DNA of 64,000 bases from Alkalispirochaeta sp. (GCA_965601925.1 OZ271854.1:2240001-2304000), one strand, 5' to 3'. Counted from the stretch's first letter, positions 30,596-40,893 are shown. Translations and numbers: made by a program. The notes: generated from the sequence alone by a model not told the origin.

Positions 30596-30958
30596 ATGAG
30601 CGTGTCGACCGCGATCGAATGGTGTTGTACCGATGCCGCCACAGCGGACACGCTTCAGCGCCGGCTTCCCGACGAGCAAAGCATCCTCGGTACGGCCGAG
30701 CTATTCAAAGTGCTCGGCGATCCCACGCGTCTGCGTATCCTTCTCTTGCTGCAATGGGAGGCGCTGTGCGTTCGTGATCTTTCCACGCTGCTCGGAATGC
30801 ACCAAACTGCCGTATCTCACCAGCTCAAGGTATTGCGACACAATCGTCTCGTTACGCGTCGACGGGAGGGTAAAATGGTGATCTACTCCCTCGACGACGA
30901 TCGCATTGAAGCGTTGATACGAATCGGTTGCGAACACACCGAGGAGGGGCGGTCATGA
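30596..30958 (+). CDS. ArsR/SmtB-family metal-sensing repressor
   Basis: LFKVLGDPTRLRIL, LCVRDL and VSHQLKVLR; N-terminal CC. Confidence 0.93.
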   Translation: MSVSTAIEWCCTDAATADTLQRRLPDEQSILGTAELFKVLGDPTRLRILLLLQWEALCVRDLSTLLGMHQTAVSHQLKVLRHNRLVTRRREGKMVIYSLDDDRIEALIRIGCEHTEEGRS

Positions 30959-32265
30959 CGGCATTCATTGGGGAACTGGCACGGGAAATCGCGCATCTGT
31001 TTGTCGAGATGGCGCCGTACCTCCTCATCGGTCTGACGGTCGCAGGAGTGCTCAGCGTTTTCGTGCGGCAAGATTTCGTAGCGCACCACATTGGAACATC
31101 CGGCCCCCGTTCGATCGTCACCGCTGCAATGCTCGGTGTACCATTACCACTATGCTCGTGCGGCGTCGTTCCCACAGCTGCGTACCTCAAGCGGGCCGGT
31201 GCTTCCAAGCCCGCCGTGATGTCGTTTCTCATCTCGACCCCGCAGACCGGCGTCGACAGCATCATCGCGACGTACGGCATGCTGGGGCCGCTGTTTGCGA
31301 TCTTTCGTCCGATCGTAGCGCTCCTCACCGGCGTGGCGGGCGGTTTCCTCTCATTGCTCGACGAACGCCGAACCGGCGGAGCGCTGCGGTCCGCCCCCGT
31401 CGCAACGATCGACGATCGCGAGCGGCCGAGCACGACACGCGCCAAGCTCGGAGCGTTCCTGCGCTACGCGTATGTCGAGTCGGTAGACGGAATCGCGGCG
31501 TCGTTTCTCGTCGGGTTGCTCATCGCCGGGATCATCGGCCTGCTCATTCCCGACGACTTTTTCGCGGGCAGTATCATCGGATCGGGGTTGCCCGCGATGC
31601 TGCTCATGGTCTTGGTCGGCATTCCGATGTACGTCTGTTCCACCTCGAGTATTCCGATTGCCGTCGCCTTAGTTGCAAAAGGGTTGAGCCCCGGTGCGGC
31701 CTACGTCTTTCTCGTCGCGGGACCCGCCACCAACGCCGCCTCTCTCGCTGTACTTTCACGGATACTGGGGCGTCGGCAAACCATTTTGTATGTGGCGACT
31801 ATCATCGTAGGAAGTCTGCTCGTTGCGCCCGCCATGGACTCGATTTCCACTGCGGTCGGGTGGTCCCTTCCGGTTTCACTTTCGGATCACGGACACGCTG
31901 AGGCTCCATCCGTAACCGGCTTGTCGGCCGCGGTGGCGCTGGCGCTCATGGTCGCCGCCTCGCTCGTACGTCGATGGCGACGATCTCGGACGGGTGGGCC
32001 GGATAACTCCATCGAACGGTCGGACGGTGCGCGACCGGTCCTCGAGGAGCGCATCGCAGTTGTCGGTGTCGAGGGAATGACGTGCAACTGCTGCGCGGCG
32101 GCCGTTGAAGACGCGATACGCTCGGTACCCGGCGTCACCAAGGTTCGCGTTGATCTTCATTCCAAGCTCGTGTACGTAGAAGGGGCTCGGTCGGCGTCGC
32201 TCGTGGCCGAGGCGGTATCGCGCGCCGGCTACGAACCGGTGCGCGGCGTCGGAGACGGATCCTGA
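30955..32265 (+). CDS. DUF318/SO_0444-like metal permease with C-terminal HMA domain
   Basis: PLPLCSCGV, MYVCST and GPATN; GMTCNCC HMA motif; ATGA overlap with the repressor. Confidence 0.9.
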   Translation: MTAFIGELAREIAHLFVEMAPYLLIGLTVAGVLSVFVRQDFVAHHIGTSGPRSIVTAAMLGVPLPLCSCGVVPTAAYLKRAGASKPAVMSFLISTPQTGVDSIIATYGMLGPLFAIFRPIVALLTGVAGGFLSLLDERRTGGALRSAPVATIDDRERPSTTRAKLGAFLRYAYVESVDGIAASFLVGLLIAGIIGLLIPDDFFAGSIIGSGLPAMLLMVLVGIPMYVCSTSSIPIAVALVAKGLSPGAAYVFLVAGPATNAASLAVLSRILGRRQTILYVATIIVGSLLVAPAMDSISTAVGWSLPVSLSDHGHAEAPSVTGLSAAVALALMVAASLVRRWRRSRTGGPDNSIERSDGARPVLEERIAVVGVEGMTCNCCAAAVEDAIRSVPGVTKVRVDLHSKLVYVEGARSASLVAEAVSRAGYEPVRGVGDGS

Positions 32266-32297
32266 GTCGCGAGAGCATTCCTAATATTGTTAAAAAA

Positions 32298-32338
32298 TAC
32301 GTACGTAGGTTGACATTGTACGTACGTATCGCTACTGT
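32298..32338 (+). promoter_or_regulatory. Toxin-antitoxin promoter with two operator palindromes
   Basis: TACGTACGTA at 32298 and 32319 flank TTGACA (32310); TACTGT lies 17 bp after the -35 box. Confidence 0.8.
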
Positions 32339-32344
32339 ATACCT

Positions 32345-32593
32345 ATGAAGGTTTCCGCGACTGAGCTGCGACAAAACTTATACAAAATCGTCGATCACGT
32401 GCTCGAGACCGGTGAAACCGTGGAGATTCTCCGCAAAGGGAATATTGTACGGCTCGTTGCCGACTCGGCGCCGAGTATTTGGGACCGGCTCGAGGTGCGG
32501 GAGGCGGTCGTCGGCGACCCCGAGGGCATCGTCTCCATTGATTGGTCCGCCACATGGCGCGGAGAGGGCGAGCTGGATGATCCTCTACCTTGA
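32345..32593 (+). CDS. Phd/YefM-family antitoxin
   Basis: SATELRQNLYKIVDHV.ETGE.VEILRKG; overlaps the toxin gene. Confidence 0.88.
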   Translation: MKVSATELRQNLYKIVDHVLETGETVEILRKGNIVRLVADSAPSIWDRLEVREAVVGDPEGIVSIDWSATWRGEGELDDPLP

Positions 32594-32963
32594 TACGCAT
32601 GTCGTCGTCTGGTTGTACGAAGGGCGTAAAGAGCGTTTCACACCCCGCGGGCGCTTGGCACTTGATCACGCTCGGTTGTTGATATCGCCGATGGTGGAGC
32701 TTGAACTTACATATCTCTGGGAGTCCAAGCGCATCGCGGTACGACCCGATACCATCATCGGCTATCTCACCGAACGAGTCGGTCTTGCACGCGATACGAG
32801 TCCATTCTCCGCGGTTGTCGCCGCCGCCGCGCCCTTGCGTTGGACGCGGGACCCCTTTGATCGGCTCATAACGGCGACCGCTCTGCTCAACGATTGTGCG
32901 CTCCTCTCAAAAGACGAGACGATCCGCACCCACTACGCCGAGGCGTGGTGGGGCGAGTCGTGA
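32577..32963 (+). CDS. PIN-domain (VapC-like) toxin
   Basis: YLDTHVVVW, ISP.VELE, RDPFDRLI.ATA and SKD. Confidence 0.92.
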   Translation: MILYLDTHVVVWLYEGRKERFTPRGRLALDHARLLISPMVELELTYLWESKRIAVRPDTIIGYLTERVGLARDTSPFSAVVAAAAPLRWTRDPFDRLITATALLNDCALLSKDETIRTHYAEAWWGES

Positions 32964-32995
32964 AACCGCCGGTCGCCTCCGCGACGCAGTATCGG

Positions 32996-35311
32996 TCACG
33001 CTCCCCGTATCGACGTCGTCGACCTCAGTAAAGAGGCTCGCAAACGCTGCGCCGCGGCGACCATATTTTGGAGGGACGGACGTACTTCGTCCCATTGCCG
33101 CGTTTTGAGCCCGCAATCCGGATTGACCCACAGTCGCTCGGGTGGGACGTGCTCTGCGGCGCGTTCCATTAACGCCACAATCGACTCCACCTCGGGTACG
33201 TTGGGGCTGTGGATATCGTAGACGCCCGGTCCGATCTCGTTCGGATACGCAAAGTCGGCGAAGGCCTCCAGGAGTTCCATGTCGGAGCGCGACGTCTCGA
33301 TTGTGATGACGTCGGCGTCGAGCGCCGCGATCGAGTCTATGATATCGTTGAACTCCGAGTAGCACATGTGTGTATGGATCTGCGTCTCGTCACGGACACC
33401 GGTCGTCGCGAGACGAAACGCGCGAATCGCCCACTCGAGGTAGCTCCGATGATCCGCCCTGCGTAGCGGCAGGCCCTCGCGAAACGCCGGCTCGTCGACC
33501 TGAATGACGCCTACTCCCGCCCTCTGCAGGTCACCGACCTCGTCGCGCAATGCGAGGGCGATCTGCAATGCCGTTTTTTCGCGACTTTGATCGTCACGCA
33601 CGAAGCTCCATTGGAGAATGGTAATCGGGCCGGTTAGCATTCCCTTCACGGGCTTCTCGGTGAGCGAGGCGGCGTAGGTGGTCCAGCCCACCGTCATCGC
33701 CTCGGGACGATCCACATCGCCGTAAATAATGGGCGGTTTCACACACCGGCTGCCGTAGGACTGCACCCACCCGTACTCGGTGAATGCAAAGCCGCCGAGC
33801 TTGTGTCCGAAGTATTCGACCATATCGGTACGTTCCGCCTCGCCGTGCACCAGGACGTCGAGTCCTATCTCTTCCTGCTCGTGAATGACGTGCGCGATCT
33901 CCCGCTTCATAGCGTCGGAGTACCCTATATCGTCTAGTTCACCCGTTCGCCACGCCTTTCGCGCGCGGCGGATCTCGTCGGTTTGGGGAAACGATCCGAT
34001 TGTCGTCGTGGGATAGGGCGGGAGATCGATGTGCTCGCGCTGTCTCTCCGCGCGCGTGCGGTACGGCGAGTCGCGTCGCGTCATGTCGGACGTGATGCGC
34101 GCCAAACGGGCCTCTACGGCTCCATTGTTGCGCAGCGGCGAGGCGCCTCGCGCCGCAACCACTCGATCGCTCTCGGCGAGCTGAGCGGCGACCGTCTCCC
34201 GACCGTCGTTGAGGGCCCGCTTGAGGATCGACAACTCATCGAGTTTCTGGACGGCAAAGGCGAGCCACGAGGCGATGTCCACGTCGAGAGACTTCTCGCT
34301 TCCCGTGTCGTAGGGAACGTGGAGAAGGCTGCAACTCGGCGCGAGCCACAGCCGGTCACCGAGCGTTGCGTGAAGCGGCTCGAGACGGTCGACGAGCGCC
34401 GAGAGGTCCGCCCGCCAGATGTTGCGCCCCTCGATCACTCCCAGACTTAGTATCGCGTCGCCCGGTAGTTCGGAAACGGCGCGCGCGATCCCCTCGGCGC
34501 CTCGGACGGCGTCTATGTGATATCCGGCCACCGGCAGTCGGGCGACGAGCGGTAGATTATCGCCGAGCGGGCCGAAGTAACTTGTCAGCAGAATCTTGGG
34601 ACCCGCCGCCGCGAGTCCGTCGTAGGCGCGAGTAAACAGATCACGCCATCGGCCGTCAACATCCTGTGCGAGAATCGGCTCGTCCACCTGTATCCATTCG
34701 ACGCCGCGCTCGGCTAGCATAGTGAGGAGTTCGCCGTACAGCGGTACGAATCGATCGAGGAGTGTCGCCGTATCCACCGCACTCTTCGCCTTGCCGAGAC
34801 GTAGATAGCTGACGGGGCCCAGGAGCACCGGTTTTACTCGCCCTCCTACGACGGCGGTCGCCTCTTCGATCTTTCGGAGATACGTATCGGCGGACAGGTG
34901 TGGTCGATCCGCGTGATCGAACTCGGGAACGAGGTAATGGTAGTTGGTATCGAACCATTTGGTCATTTCTGCCGCGTGAATCGGTTCGCCCGTTGCCGAT
35001 CGCCCTCGCGCCGAACGAAAGTATGTGTCAACGGGCGCCTCTTGATTCATGCGAGTATCGTACGCTCGGCGCGGTAGATGGCCGAGGAGTTCGCTCGTAT
35101 CGAGTACGTGATCGTAAAGTGCGAAATCGCCCGCAGGAATGAGGTCGAGTTGCGCGTCACGCTGCAACGCGAGGTTAGCGCGATGAACCTCGGTTGCCGA
35201 GCGCATGAACGCGTCGCGATCGATTCTTCCGTTCCAGTACCGCTCGGCGGCAAATTTGAGCTCGCGGTGAGCTCCGATTCTCGGGAAACCCAGATTATGC
35301 GTCCGTACCAT
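32996..35311 (-). CDS. metE: Cobalamin-independent methionine synthase
   Basis: [23 protein letters not shown] and [11 protein letters not shown]. Confidence 0.97.
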   Translation of the reverse strand: MVRTHNLGFPRIGAHRELKFAAERYWNGRIDRDAFMRSATEVHRANLALQRDAQLDLIPAGDFALYDHVLDTSELLGHLPRRAYDTRMNQEAPVDTYFRSARGRSATGEPIHAAEMTKWFDTNYHYLVPEFDHADRPHLSADTYLRKIEEATAVVGGRVKPVLLGPVSYLRLGKAKSAVDTATLLDRFVPLYGELLTMLAERGVEWIQVDEPILAQDVDGRWRDLFTRAYDGLAAAGPKILLTSYFGPLGDNLPLVARLPVAGYHIDAVRGAEGIARAVSELPGDAILSLGVIEGRNIWRADLSALVDRLEPLHATLGDRLWLAPSCSLLHVPYDTGSEKSLDVDIASWLAFAVQKLDELSILKRALNDGRETVAAQLAESDRVVAARGASPLRNNGAVEARLARITSDMTRRDSPYRTRAERQREHIDLPPYPTTTIGSFPQTDEIRRARKAWRTGELDDIGYSDAMKREIAHVIHEQEEIGLDVLVHGEAERTDMVEYFGHKLGGFAFTEYGWVQSYGSRCVKPPIIYGDVDRPEAMTVGWTTYAASLTEKPVKGMLTGPITILQWSFVRDDQSREKTALQIALALRDEVGDLQRAGVGVIQVDEPAFREGLPLRRADHRSYLEWAIRAFRLATTGVRDETQIHTHMCYSEFNDIIDSIAALDADVITIETSRSDMELLEAFADFAYPNEIGPGVYDIHSPNVPEVESIVALMERAAEHVPPERLWVNPDCGLKTRQWDEVRPSLQNMVAAAQRLRASLLRSTTSIRGA

Positions 35312-35347
35312 AGTATGACAATACCGAGTACTATGCATTCAGAAAAT

Positions 35348-35360
35348 TGAAAAATTCTTA
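35348..35360. promoter_or_regulatory. Possible MetR box (LysR T-N11-A)
   Basis: TGAAAAATTCTTA in the AT-rich metE/metR spacer resembles TGAA-N5-TTCA. Confidence 0.45.
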
Positions 35361-35380
35361 TAGTATGATAAATTTAATTT

Positions 35381-36271
35381 ATGATTGAGCGTGTACACTT
35401 GGAAATACTCAACTCCCTCGCCGAGGAAGGAACGCTTACCCGAACGGCGCAAGCGCTTTACAGAACGCAACCCGCCGTGACGCACGCAATACGCCGACTG
35501 GAGGACGCCGTCGGTGCACCGGTCTGGCGCCGGGCGGGACGGCGCGTCGCCTTGACCCCGGTGGGCGAGTATCTGACCGGGGAGGCTCAACGTATCCTCG
35601 CGGATCTTCGACGTGTGGAGGAACACGCCGCCGCGCTTGCCGCGGGGCGACGCGGAGTGCTGCGCATCGGAGTGGAGTGTCATCCGTGCTTTCATTGGTT
35701 GACCGGAGTAGTGCGCCCTTATCTGGAACGCCGCCCCGGGGTTGAAGTAGATGTGGTGCAGGAGTACCGATTCGCCGGCTACGACGCCCTTGTGAGTCGG
35801 CGCATTGATGTGCTCATTACTCCCGATCCACGCGTCGACCGGCGGTTCGAGACCATTCCGGTGCTCTCGTACGAACTCGTGCTCGGCGTATCGCGGTTCC
35901 ACCCATTTGCGCAGGCGCCCTGCGTCCTCCCGGAGGATATCGCGGAGGAGACCTTATATACCTATCCGGTGGAGCGCGCGCGCCTCGACATCTTTACGCA
36001 GTTTTTCGGTCCCGCCGGCGTCGAGCCGGTAGCGGTAAAAGAGATAGAGGCGACCGAGATTATGGTGCAACTCGTCTCCGCCTCCCGAGGTGTATGCGCG
36101 TTGCCCGATTGGCTCTTCCGAAAAGGCGCCCTCGCCGGAGAGCTATCGCGTGTTCGATTAGGGCCCGGCGGTATCGCGAAACAACTCTGCCTGGTGATAC
36201 GCGTAGAGGACGCGGATTGCGAGTATCTGGCCGACTTCGTCGAGAGTTCCAAGGGCTCACAGGGCGAATGA
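35381..36271 (+). CDS. metR: LysR-family regulator MetR
   Basis: LysR HTH; ECHPCFHWL, YP....RLDIF and ALPDW; divergent from metE. Confidence 0.93.
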   Translation: MIERVHLEILNSLAEEGTLTRTAQALYRTQPAVTHAIRRLEDAVGAPVWRRAGRRVALTPVGEYLTGEAQRILADLRRVEEHAAALAAGRRGVLRIGVECHPCFHWLTGVVRPYLERRPGVEVDVVQEYRFAGYDALVSRRIDVLITPDPRVDRRFETIPVLSYELVLGVSRFHPFAQAPCVLPEDIAEETLYTYPVERARLDIFTQFFGPAGVEPVAVKEIEATEIMVQLVSASRGVCALPDWLFRKGALAGELSRVRLGPGGIAKQLCLVIRVEDADCEYLADFVESSKGSQGE

Positions 36272-36334
36272 TCCGCCGAGGCGGACGGTCGTCTTACGCT
36301 TCTTCTAAAAAGAGCATAAACGTGGAAAAAACTC

Positions 36335-36363
36335 TTGCACCACCGCTCGTTTCTTCTTATAGT
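36335..36363 (+). promoter_or_regulatory. Sigma70-type promoter of the nrdD operon
   Basis: TTGCAC-17 bp-TATAGT. Confidence 0.65.
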
Positions 36364-36391
36364 GTTCCATGTCAGGCAAAATCGATCATCG

Positions 36392-36407
36392 ACACTATAT
36401 ATAGTGG
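36392..36407. promoter_or_regulatory. NrdR box
   Basis: ACACTATATATAGTGG matches consensus acaCwAtATaTwGtg, upstream of nrdD. Confidence 0.9.
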
Positions 36408-36515
36408 TAAAACCGATGCTCGTGCATACGCCCCGACGTAGCATAACGCGGCTTCTCCGGGAGGGGTTGCTCGTATTTGACGACAGTTCAGGCGATCTCA
36501 ACTGGGAGGGGAACT

Positions 36516-38618
36516 ATGACCGGAGTACCGCGTTATGTCGAAAAACGCGACGGACGGCTCGAGCACTACTCGAGGTCTGCGATTACCGAGGCGATGCGTA
36601 AGGCGTATTGCGCAGTCTATCCGGATCGAGAAGTTCCGGAGATAACCCTGGTGTTACTCACCGATCAGGTGGAACGACGGCTCGAAGCGGTTATCGCCGA
36701 CGATACCGCAGGAGTGAGTGAGCCCCCGCAGTCCGTGCGTACCGGCTCTGAACGCGACGGCGCGACCGCTCCGTCGATCGAGACCATCCAGGACATCGTC
36801 GAGGAGACGCTTATGGCCTCCGGCGAGAGCGCGGTAGCCCGTTCATACATCATCTATCGTGCCCGGCGTGAGGCGGTTCGCGATACCCGCGCACTCATGG
36901 TGGACATCGACAAGACGATGGATGGGTATCTCTCAATGTCCGATTGGCGCGTCAATGAGAACGCCAACGTCAACTTTTCTCTCGGTGGATTGATTCTCCA
37001 CAACTCCGGCACCATTACCGCCAATTACTGGCTCAAGAACATCTACTCGCCGGAGGTTGCCGAGGCGCACCGGAGCGCCGCGTTTCATATTCACGACCTT
37101 TCGATGTTTTCGGGGTATTGTGCCGGATGGAGCTTGCGGCAGCTCATCGAAGAGGGACTCGGCGGTGTGCGGGACAAGATCACCTCAAAGCCGGCCGAAC
37201 ACCTTTCCACCCTTGTGCAGCAGATGGTCAATTTTCTGGGCATCATGCAGAACGAGTGGGCGGGGGCGCAGGCGTTTTCCAGCTTCGACACCTACCTTGC
37301 ACCGTTCGTCCGAGAGGATGCGCTCGCCTATCATGAGGTTAAACAGGCGATCCAGTCCTTCGTCTTCGGCGTCAACACGCCGAGCCGTTGGGGAAGTCAG
37401 GCGCCTTTTACCAATATCACCCTCGACTGGGTCGTACCGGTAGATCTTCGGGAGCGTCCGGCGATTGTCGGCGGTCGTGAGATGTCCTACACCTACGGCG
37501 ATCTTCAGGCGGAGATGGATCTCGTCAACCGCGCCTTTCTGGAGTTGATGATCGCCGGCGATGCCGACGGGCGCGGCTTTCAATATCCGATTCCCACCTA
37601 CAACATTACTCGGGAGTTCGACTGGGAGAGCCCTAACGCCGAGCTCCTCTTCGAGATGACTTCTCGCTACGGGACGCCGTACTTTCAGAATTTCATCAAC
37701 TCCGATCTCGACCCCTCCGACGTGCGTAGCATGTGCTGCCGCCTGCAGCTCGACAAGCGAGAGCTGCGTAAGCGCGGGGGTGGGCTCTTCGGGAGCGACG
37801 AGTTTACCGGGAGCATCGGTGTGGTAACGATCAACATGCCGCGGATCGGGTATCTGTCGCGGACCCGGGAGGAGTTTTTCGCATCTCTCGACAGACTCAT
37901 GGACCTTGCCGCGGAGTCTTTGACGACCAAGCGCAAGGTGATTACCCGGCTGTTGGACGCCGGCCTCTTCCCCTATACGCGACGCTATCTCAAACACCTC
38001 GACAACCACTTCAACACGATCGGCCTGGTGGGTATGAATGAGGCGCTTTTGAACTTTCTCGGCGAGGATATCTTGTCGGAGAAGGGGCGTGTCATGGCCC
38101 TGGAGATCCTCGATCATATGCGGGGCCGCATCGCCGACTATCAGGAGCGCACCGGCGAGCTGTTCAATCTGGAGGCGACGCCCGCGGAGAGCACAAGCTA
38201 CCGGCTGGCGCGGCACGACCGTGAGCGCTACGCCGACATCGTGACCGGCGGCACCGCCGAGTCGCCGTACTACACCAACTCGAGTCAGCTCCCCGTCGGA
38301 TACACGAGCGACATCTTCGACGCTCTGGACCTCCAGGATGCGCTGCAGACGCGCTACACCGGTGGTACGGTGTTTCACTCTTTTTTGGGCGAGGCGGTCG
38401 AGGATTGGCGCGCCGCCCGCAGTTTGGTGCGCGCGATCGCGACCAACTATCGGCTTCCGTACTTCACCGTGAGTCCCACCTTCAGCGTCTGCCCGGTGCA
38501 CGGATACATTCGCGGCGAACACTACACGTGTCCGAAGTGCGCGGAGGAGGAGCGGGAACGGCTTCGTGCGGAGATCCGGTCCCTGGAAGAGGAACGCGCA
38601 TCGGTCGGCGATCGATAA
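36516..38618 (+). CDS. nrdD: Class III ribonucleotide reductase large part (ATP cone and catalytic core, no glycyl-radical loop)
   Basis: VEKRDG ATP cone; SMCCRL, EATPAES, YTGGTVFH and CPVH..CPKC; GGGAGG RBS. Confidence 0.95.
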   Translation: MTGVPRYVEKRDGRLEHYSRSAITEAMRKAYCAVYPDREVPEITLVLLTDQVERRLEAVIADDTAGVSEPPQSVRTGSERDGATAPSIETIQDIVEETLMASGESAVARSYIIYRARREAVRDTRALMVDIDKTMDGYLSMSDWRVNENANVNFSLGGLILHNSGTITANYWLKNIYSPEVAEAHRSAAFHIHDLSMFSGYCAGWSLRQLIEEGLGGVRDKITSKPAEHLSTLVQQMVNFLGIMQNEWAGAQAFSSFDTYLAPFVREDALAYHEVKQAIQSFVFGVNTPSRWGSQAPFTNITLDWVVPVDLRERPAIVGGREMSYTYGDLQAEMDLVNRAFLELMIAGDADGRGFQYPIPTYNITREFDWESPNAELLFEMTSRYGTPYFQNFINSDLDPSDVRSMCCRLQLDKRELRKRGGGLFGSDEFTGSIGVVTINMPRIGYLSRTREEFFASLDRLMDLAAESLTTKRKVITRLLDAGLFPYTRRYLKHLDNHFNTIGLVGMNEALLNFLGEDILSEKGRVMALEILDHMRGRIADYQERTGELFNLEATPAESTSYRLARHDRERYADIVTGGTAESPYYTNSSQLPVGYTSDIFDALDLQDALQTRYTGGTVFHSFLGEAVEDWRAARSLVRAIATNYRLPYFTVSPTFSVCPVHGYIRGEHYTCPKCAEEERERLRAEIRSLEEERASVGDR

Positions 38619-38651
38619 GGCGATAGTATACAGCACCACAGGGAGGGAGTT

Positions 38652-39137
38652 ATGAGAACCGTTACCGAGATCGACACGGAAATCGAGGCCAAACGGGCGG
38701 CGTTACGCGCGGTAACGGGCCGCGAAACCGAGGTCTATTCGCGAATCGTCGGGTACTATCGGAGCTTGCGAAACTGGAATGTCGGCAAGAAGGCCGAGTT
38801 CGGCGAGCGGAAGACCTACGACGCCGCCGCGTCTCTCGCGCGGCGCGAGGAGCCGTCGCAAGAGCGCAACCATCCTGCGACGCCCGCCGCGTTCCAGCTC
38901 TTCACCCGTGCCCATTGTCCGGGGTGTACCGCGGCGAAGATACTCATCGACACGTTGCCCGAGTTAGCGCCGCGCGTCCGTGAGATCGACGTCGACTCAG
39001 AGGACGGGATGCGTCGCGCCGAGGTAGCGCTGATCGCCGTAACACCGACGCTCATCGCACGCGATGAGTCCGGCGGGGAGTTGTGGCGGAGCACCGACCC
39101 GCTCCACATGCGCGATCTTTTCGCTGCCGGCGGGTGA
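38652..39137 (+). CDS. NrdD glycyl-radical domain fused to a glutaredoxin-like CxxC domain
   Basis: EVYSRIVGYYR..NWN.GKKAEF.ER, then LFTRAHCPGC...TPTLI; own GGGAG RBS. Confidence 0.9.
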   Translation: MRTVTEIDTEIEAKRAALRAVTGRETEVYSRIVGYYRSLRNWNVGKKAEFGERKTYDAAASLARREEPSQERNHPATPAAFQLFTRAHCPGCTAAKILIDTLPELAPRVREIDVDSEDGMRRAEVALIAVTPTLIARDESGGELWRSTDPLHMRDLFAAGG

Positions 39138-39814
39138 TTACGCATGTCGGACTCGTGAAAACGAGTCTCGTCGACGTGCCGGGGCGCCTCGCCGCGACAC
39201 TGTTTACCCACGGATGTCCGTTATCGTGCCCGTACTGTCACAACGAGCGCTTGCGGTCCGGCCCGATTCCCGACGAGTTCGTTACGGTCACCGAGGCGGT
39301 GGCCTTCTTAGCCGGACGCGCGGGAATCGTGGAGGCGGTGTGCGTTACCGGGGGCGAACCGCTGATGCACACCGATCTCGCCGATCTCCTCGGCGCGGTA
39401 CGTTCATTGGGATACTACGTCAAGCTCGATACCTCGGGAGCGTATCCCGAGCGATTGCAGGAGCTTTTGTCCCATGGATTGGTAGATATGGTCGCCCTCG
39501 ACATCAAGACGAGTCCTCGGCGGTACCGTGACGTGGGACTCGACGGCCAAACGTTTCTCGACGCGCTCTCCGCGGTGCGCCGCTCCGGCGTGCCGTACGA
39601 GCTGCGAACTACCGTTGCACCCGAGGTCGTCCGTCTCGAGGATATCGAGGACATTGTAGGGCTTGTGGAACCGGGTGAACCGCACGTTCTCGCGCAGTAC
39701 CGTCGTCCCGACGCTCCGGGGAATCATCCGCAACCGTATCCGGCCGGCGTTCTACGGGAGTGGCTGGCGTCGGCACGCGAGAAGAACGGCGCCGCGACGG
39801 TGCGTGGTATATAG
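39134..39814 (+). CDS. nrdG: Anaerobic ribonucleotide reductase activating radical SAM enzyme
   Basis: CPLSCPYCHN, TGGEP and KLDTSG; GTGA overlap with the upstream gene. Confidence 0.93.
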   Translation: MITHVGLVKTSLVDVPGRLAATLFTHGCPLSCPYCHNERLRSGPIPDEFVTVTEAVAFLAGRAGIVEAVCVTGGEPLMHTDLADLLGAVRSLGYYVKLDTSGAYPERLQELLSHGLVDMVALDIKTSPRRYRDVGLDGQTFLDALSAVRRSGVPYELRTTVAPEVVRLEDIEDIVGLVEPGEPHVLAQYRRPDAPGNHPQPYPAGVLREWLASAREKNGAATVRGI

Positions 39815-40018
39815 GGGCCGGTTACCCGATAGAACCGATCTCTTGCGCTGCGTATTGAAACGGAGTAGTGAACTCTTCACAACGAGCCTATTGCCCTTCC
39901 GTCGACCGCGCGTCACCGCTCTTGAGGTCGGTACAGTTCAGTTGTTGATTTGTCCGTTTATTTTTCGGGTGTGTGATATATTCTGCGTGAAACTTTATCA
40001 CATGGGGAGAGGTCTTCT

Positions 40019-40837
40019 ATGAAGCGTAAACATTTGTTCGTCCTATTGGTCGTGATCGTCGGAGTAGCTCTGGTCGGGTGCAGCAGCGACGGAGACAGCG
40101 ATAGCGGAACCGTCAATCTGCCGAGCGCCGGGGAGCTGACCGACTACACGGGCACTGAACCGTCGACCGACGCGGAAGCGCAGACCACCGTGTCGGAGGT
40201 CCAGGGCGATCTCGAAAGTGTCATTGATGCGGCGCAGCTCGGTACCGCCGTCTCGGCCGCAATATCGGGAGCCGTGCAAGCAGCAGCGACCGAGACCGAG
40301 ACGTTCAGCGGCACCTATGAAGTACCGGCGCCCTCGGGAGGCACCATTACCATTACCGGTACGGAGTCCTTCACATTTCCCGATGATCCTAACGCTACCA
40401 GCGGCACGGTCGTGCTCGCCTCAAACTACGTAGCGGAGATTGACTCCTTCTTGGTCGATGCCGACAACGACAACAACTACGATACGACGATGAATGGAAG
40501 CTCGGCGGACAATTATGCCATTACGGCTGTCGTTCAGTTCAACGCCGATAGCTCCGGAAGCGCCACTATTAGTGTAGCCGGGGAAAACGGTTGGGCGATC
40601 TCGGTATCGAGCACCGAGCCGAACGTTTTCGCCGGGAAGTACATTTTACGGATCACCTGGAGCGGTAGCACCGCCGTCACGATCGATGCGGAGGGGAATG
40701 CGTCGAGCGATCTCGCAGCCGAGTTGTCGATCAGCGGGACGTTGTCGGTCTACGACAACGCCGACGAGTTGATTATCCAGACGACGCTGACCGCTGCGGA
40801 TCTCGGAATCGACGAAAACGACCTCATTTTCTTCTAA
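40019..40837 (+). CDS. Hypothetical acidic lipoprotein
   Basis: Signal peptide with LVGC lipobox; S/T/D-rich mature region. Confidence 0.8.
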   Translation: MKRKHLFVLLVVIVGVALVGCSSDGDSDSGTVNLPSAGELTDYTGTEPSTDAEAQTTVSEVQGDLESVIDAAQLGTAVSAAISGAVQAAATETETFSGTYEVPAPSGGTITITGTESFTFPDDPNATSGTVVLASNYVAEIDSFLVDADNDNNYDTTMNGSSADNYAITAVVQFNADSSGSATISVAGENGWAISVSSTEPNVFAGKYILRITWSGSTAVTIDAEGNASSDLAAELSISGTLSVYDNADELIIQTTLTAADLGIDENDLIFF

Positions 40838-40857
40838 CGAGAACAAGGGAAAGGATA

Positions 40858-40893
40858 CGCGCCGACCGGGGACGACACCACCCGGTCGGCGCG
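40858..40893 (+). terminator. Strong hairpin after the lipoprotein gene
   Basis: 13-bp perfect stem CGCGCCGACCGGG/CCCGGTCGGCGCG; weak U tail. Confidence 0.6.

Noticed and set aside
37185..38639. 484-aa minus-strand ORF
   Set aside because: Antisense to nrdD.
38616..38652. Readthrough or selenocysteine recoding joining the nrdD halves
   Set aside because: The stop is TAA, a second in-frame TAG follows, and the downstream ORF has its own strong RBS.
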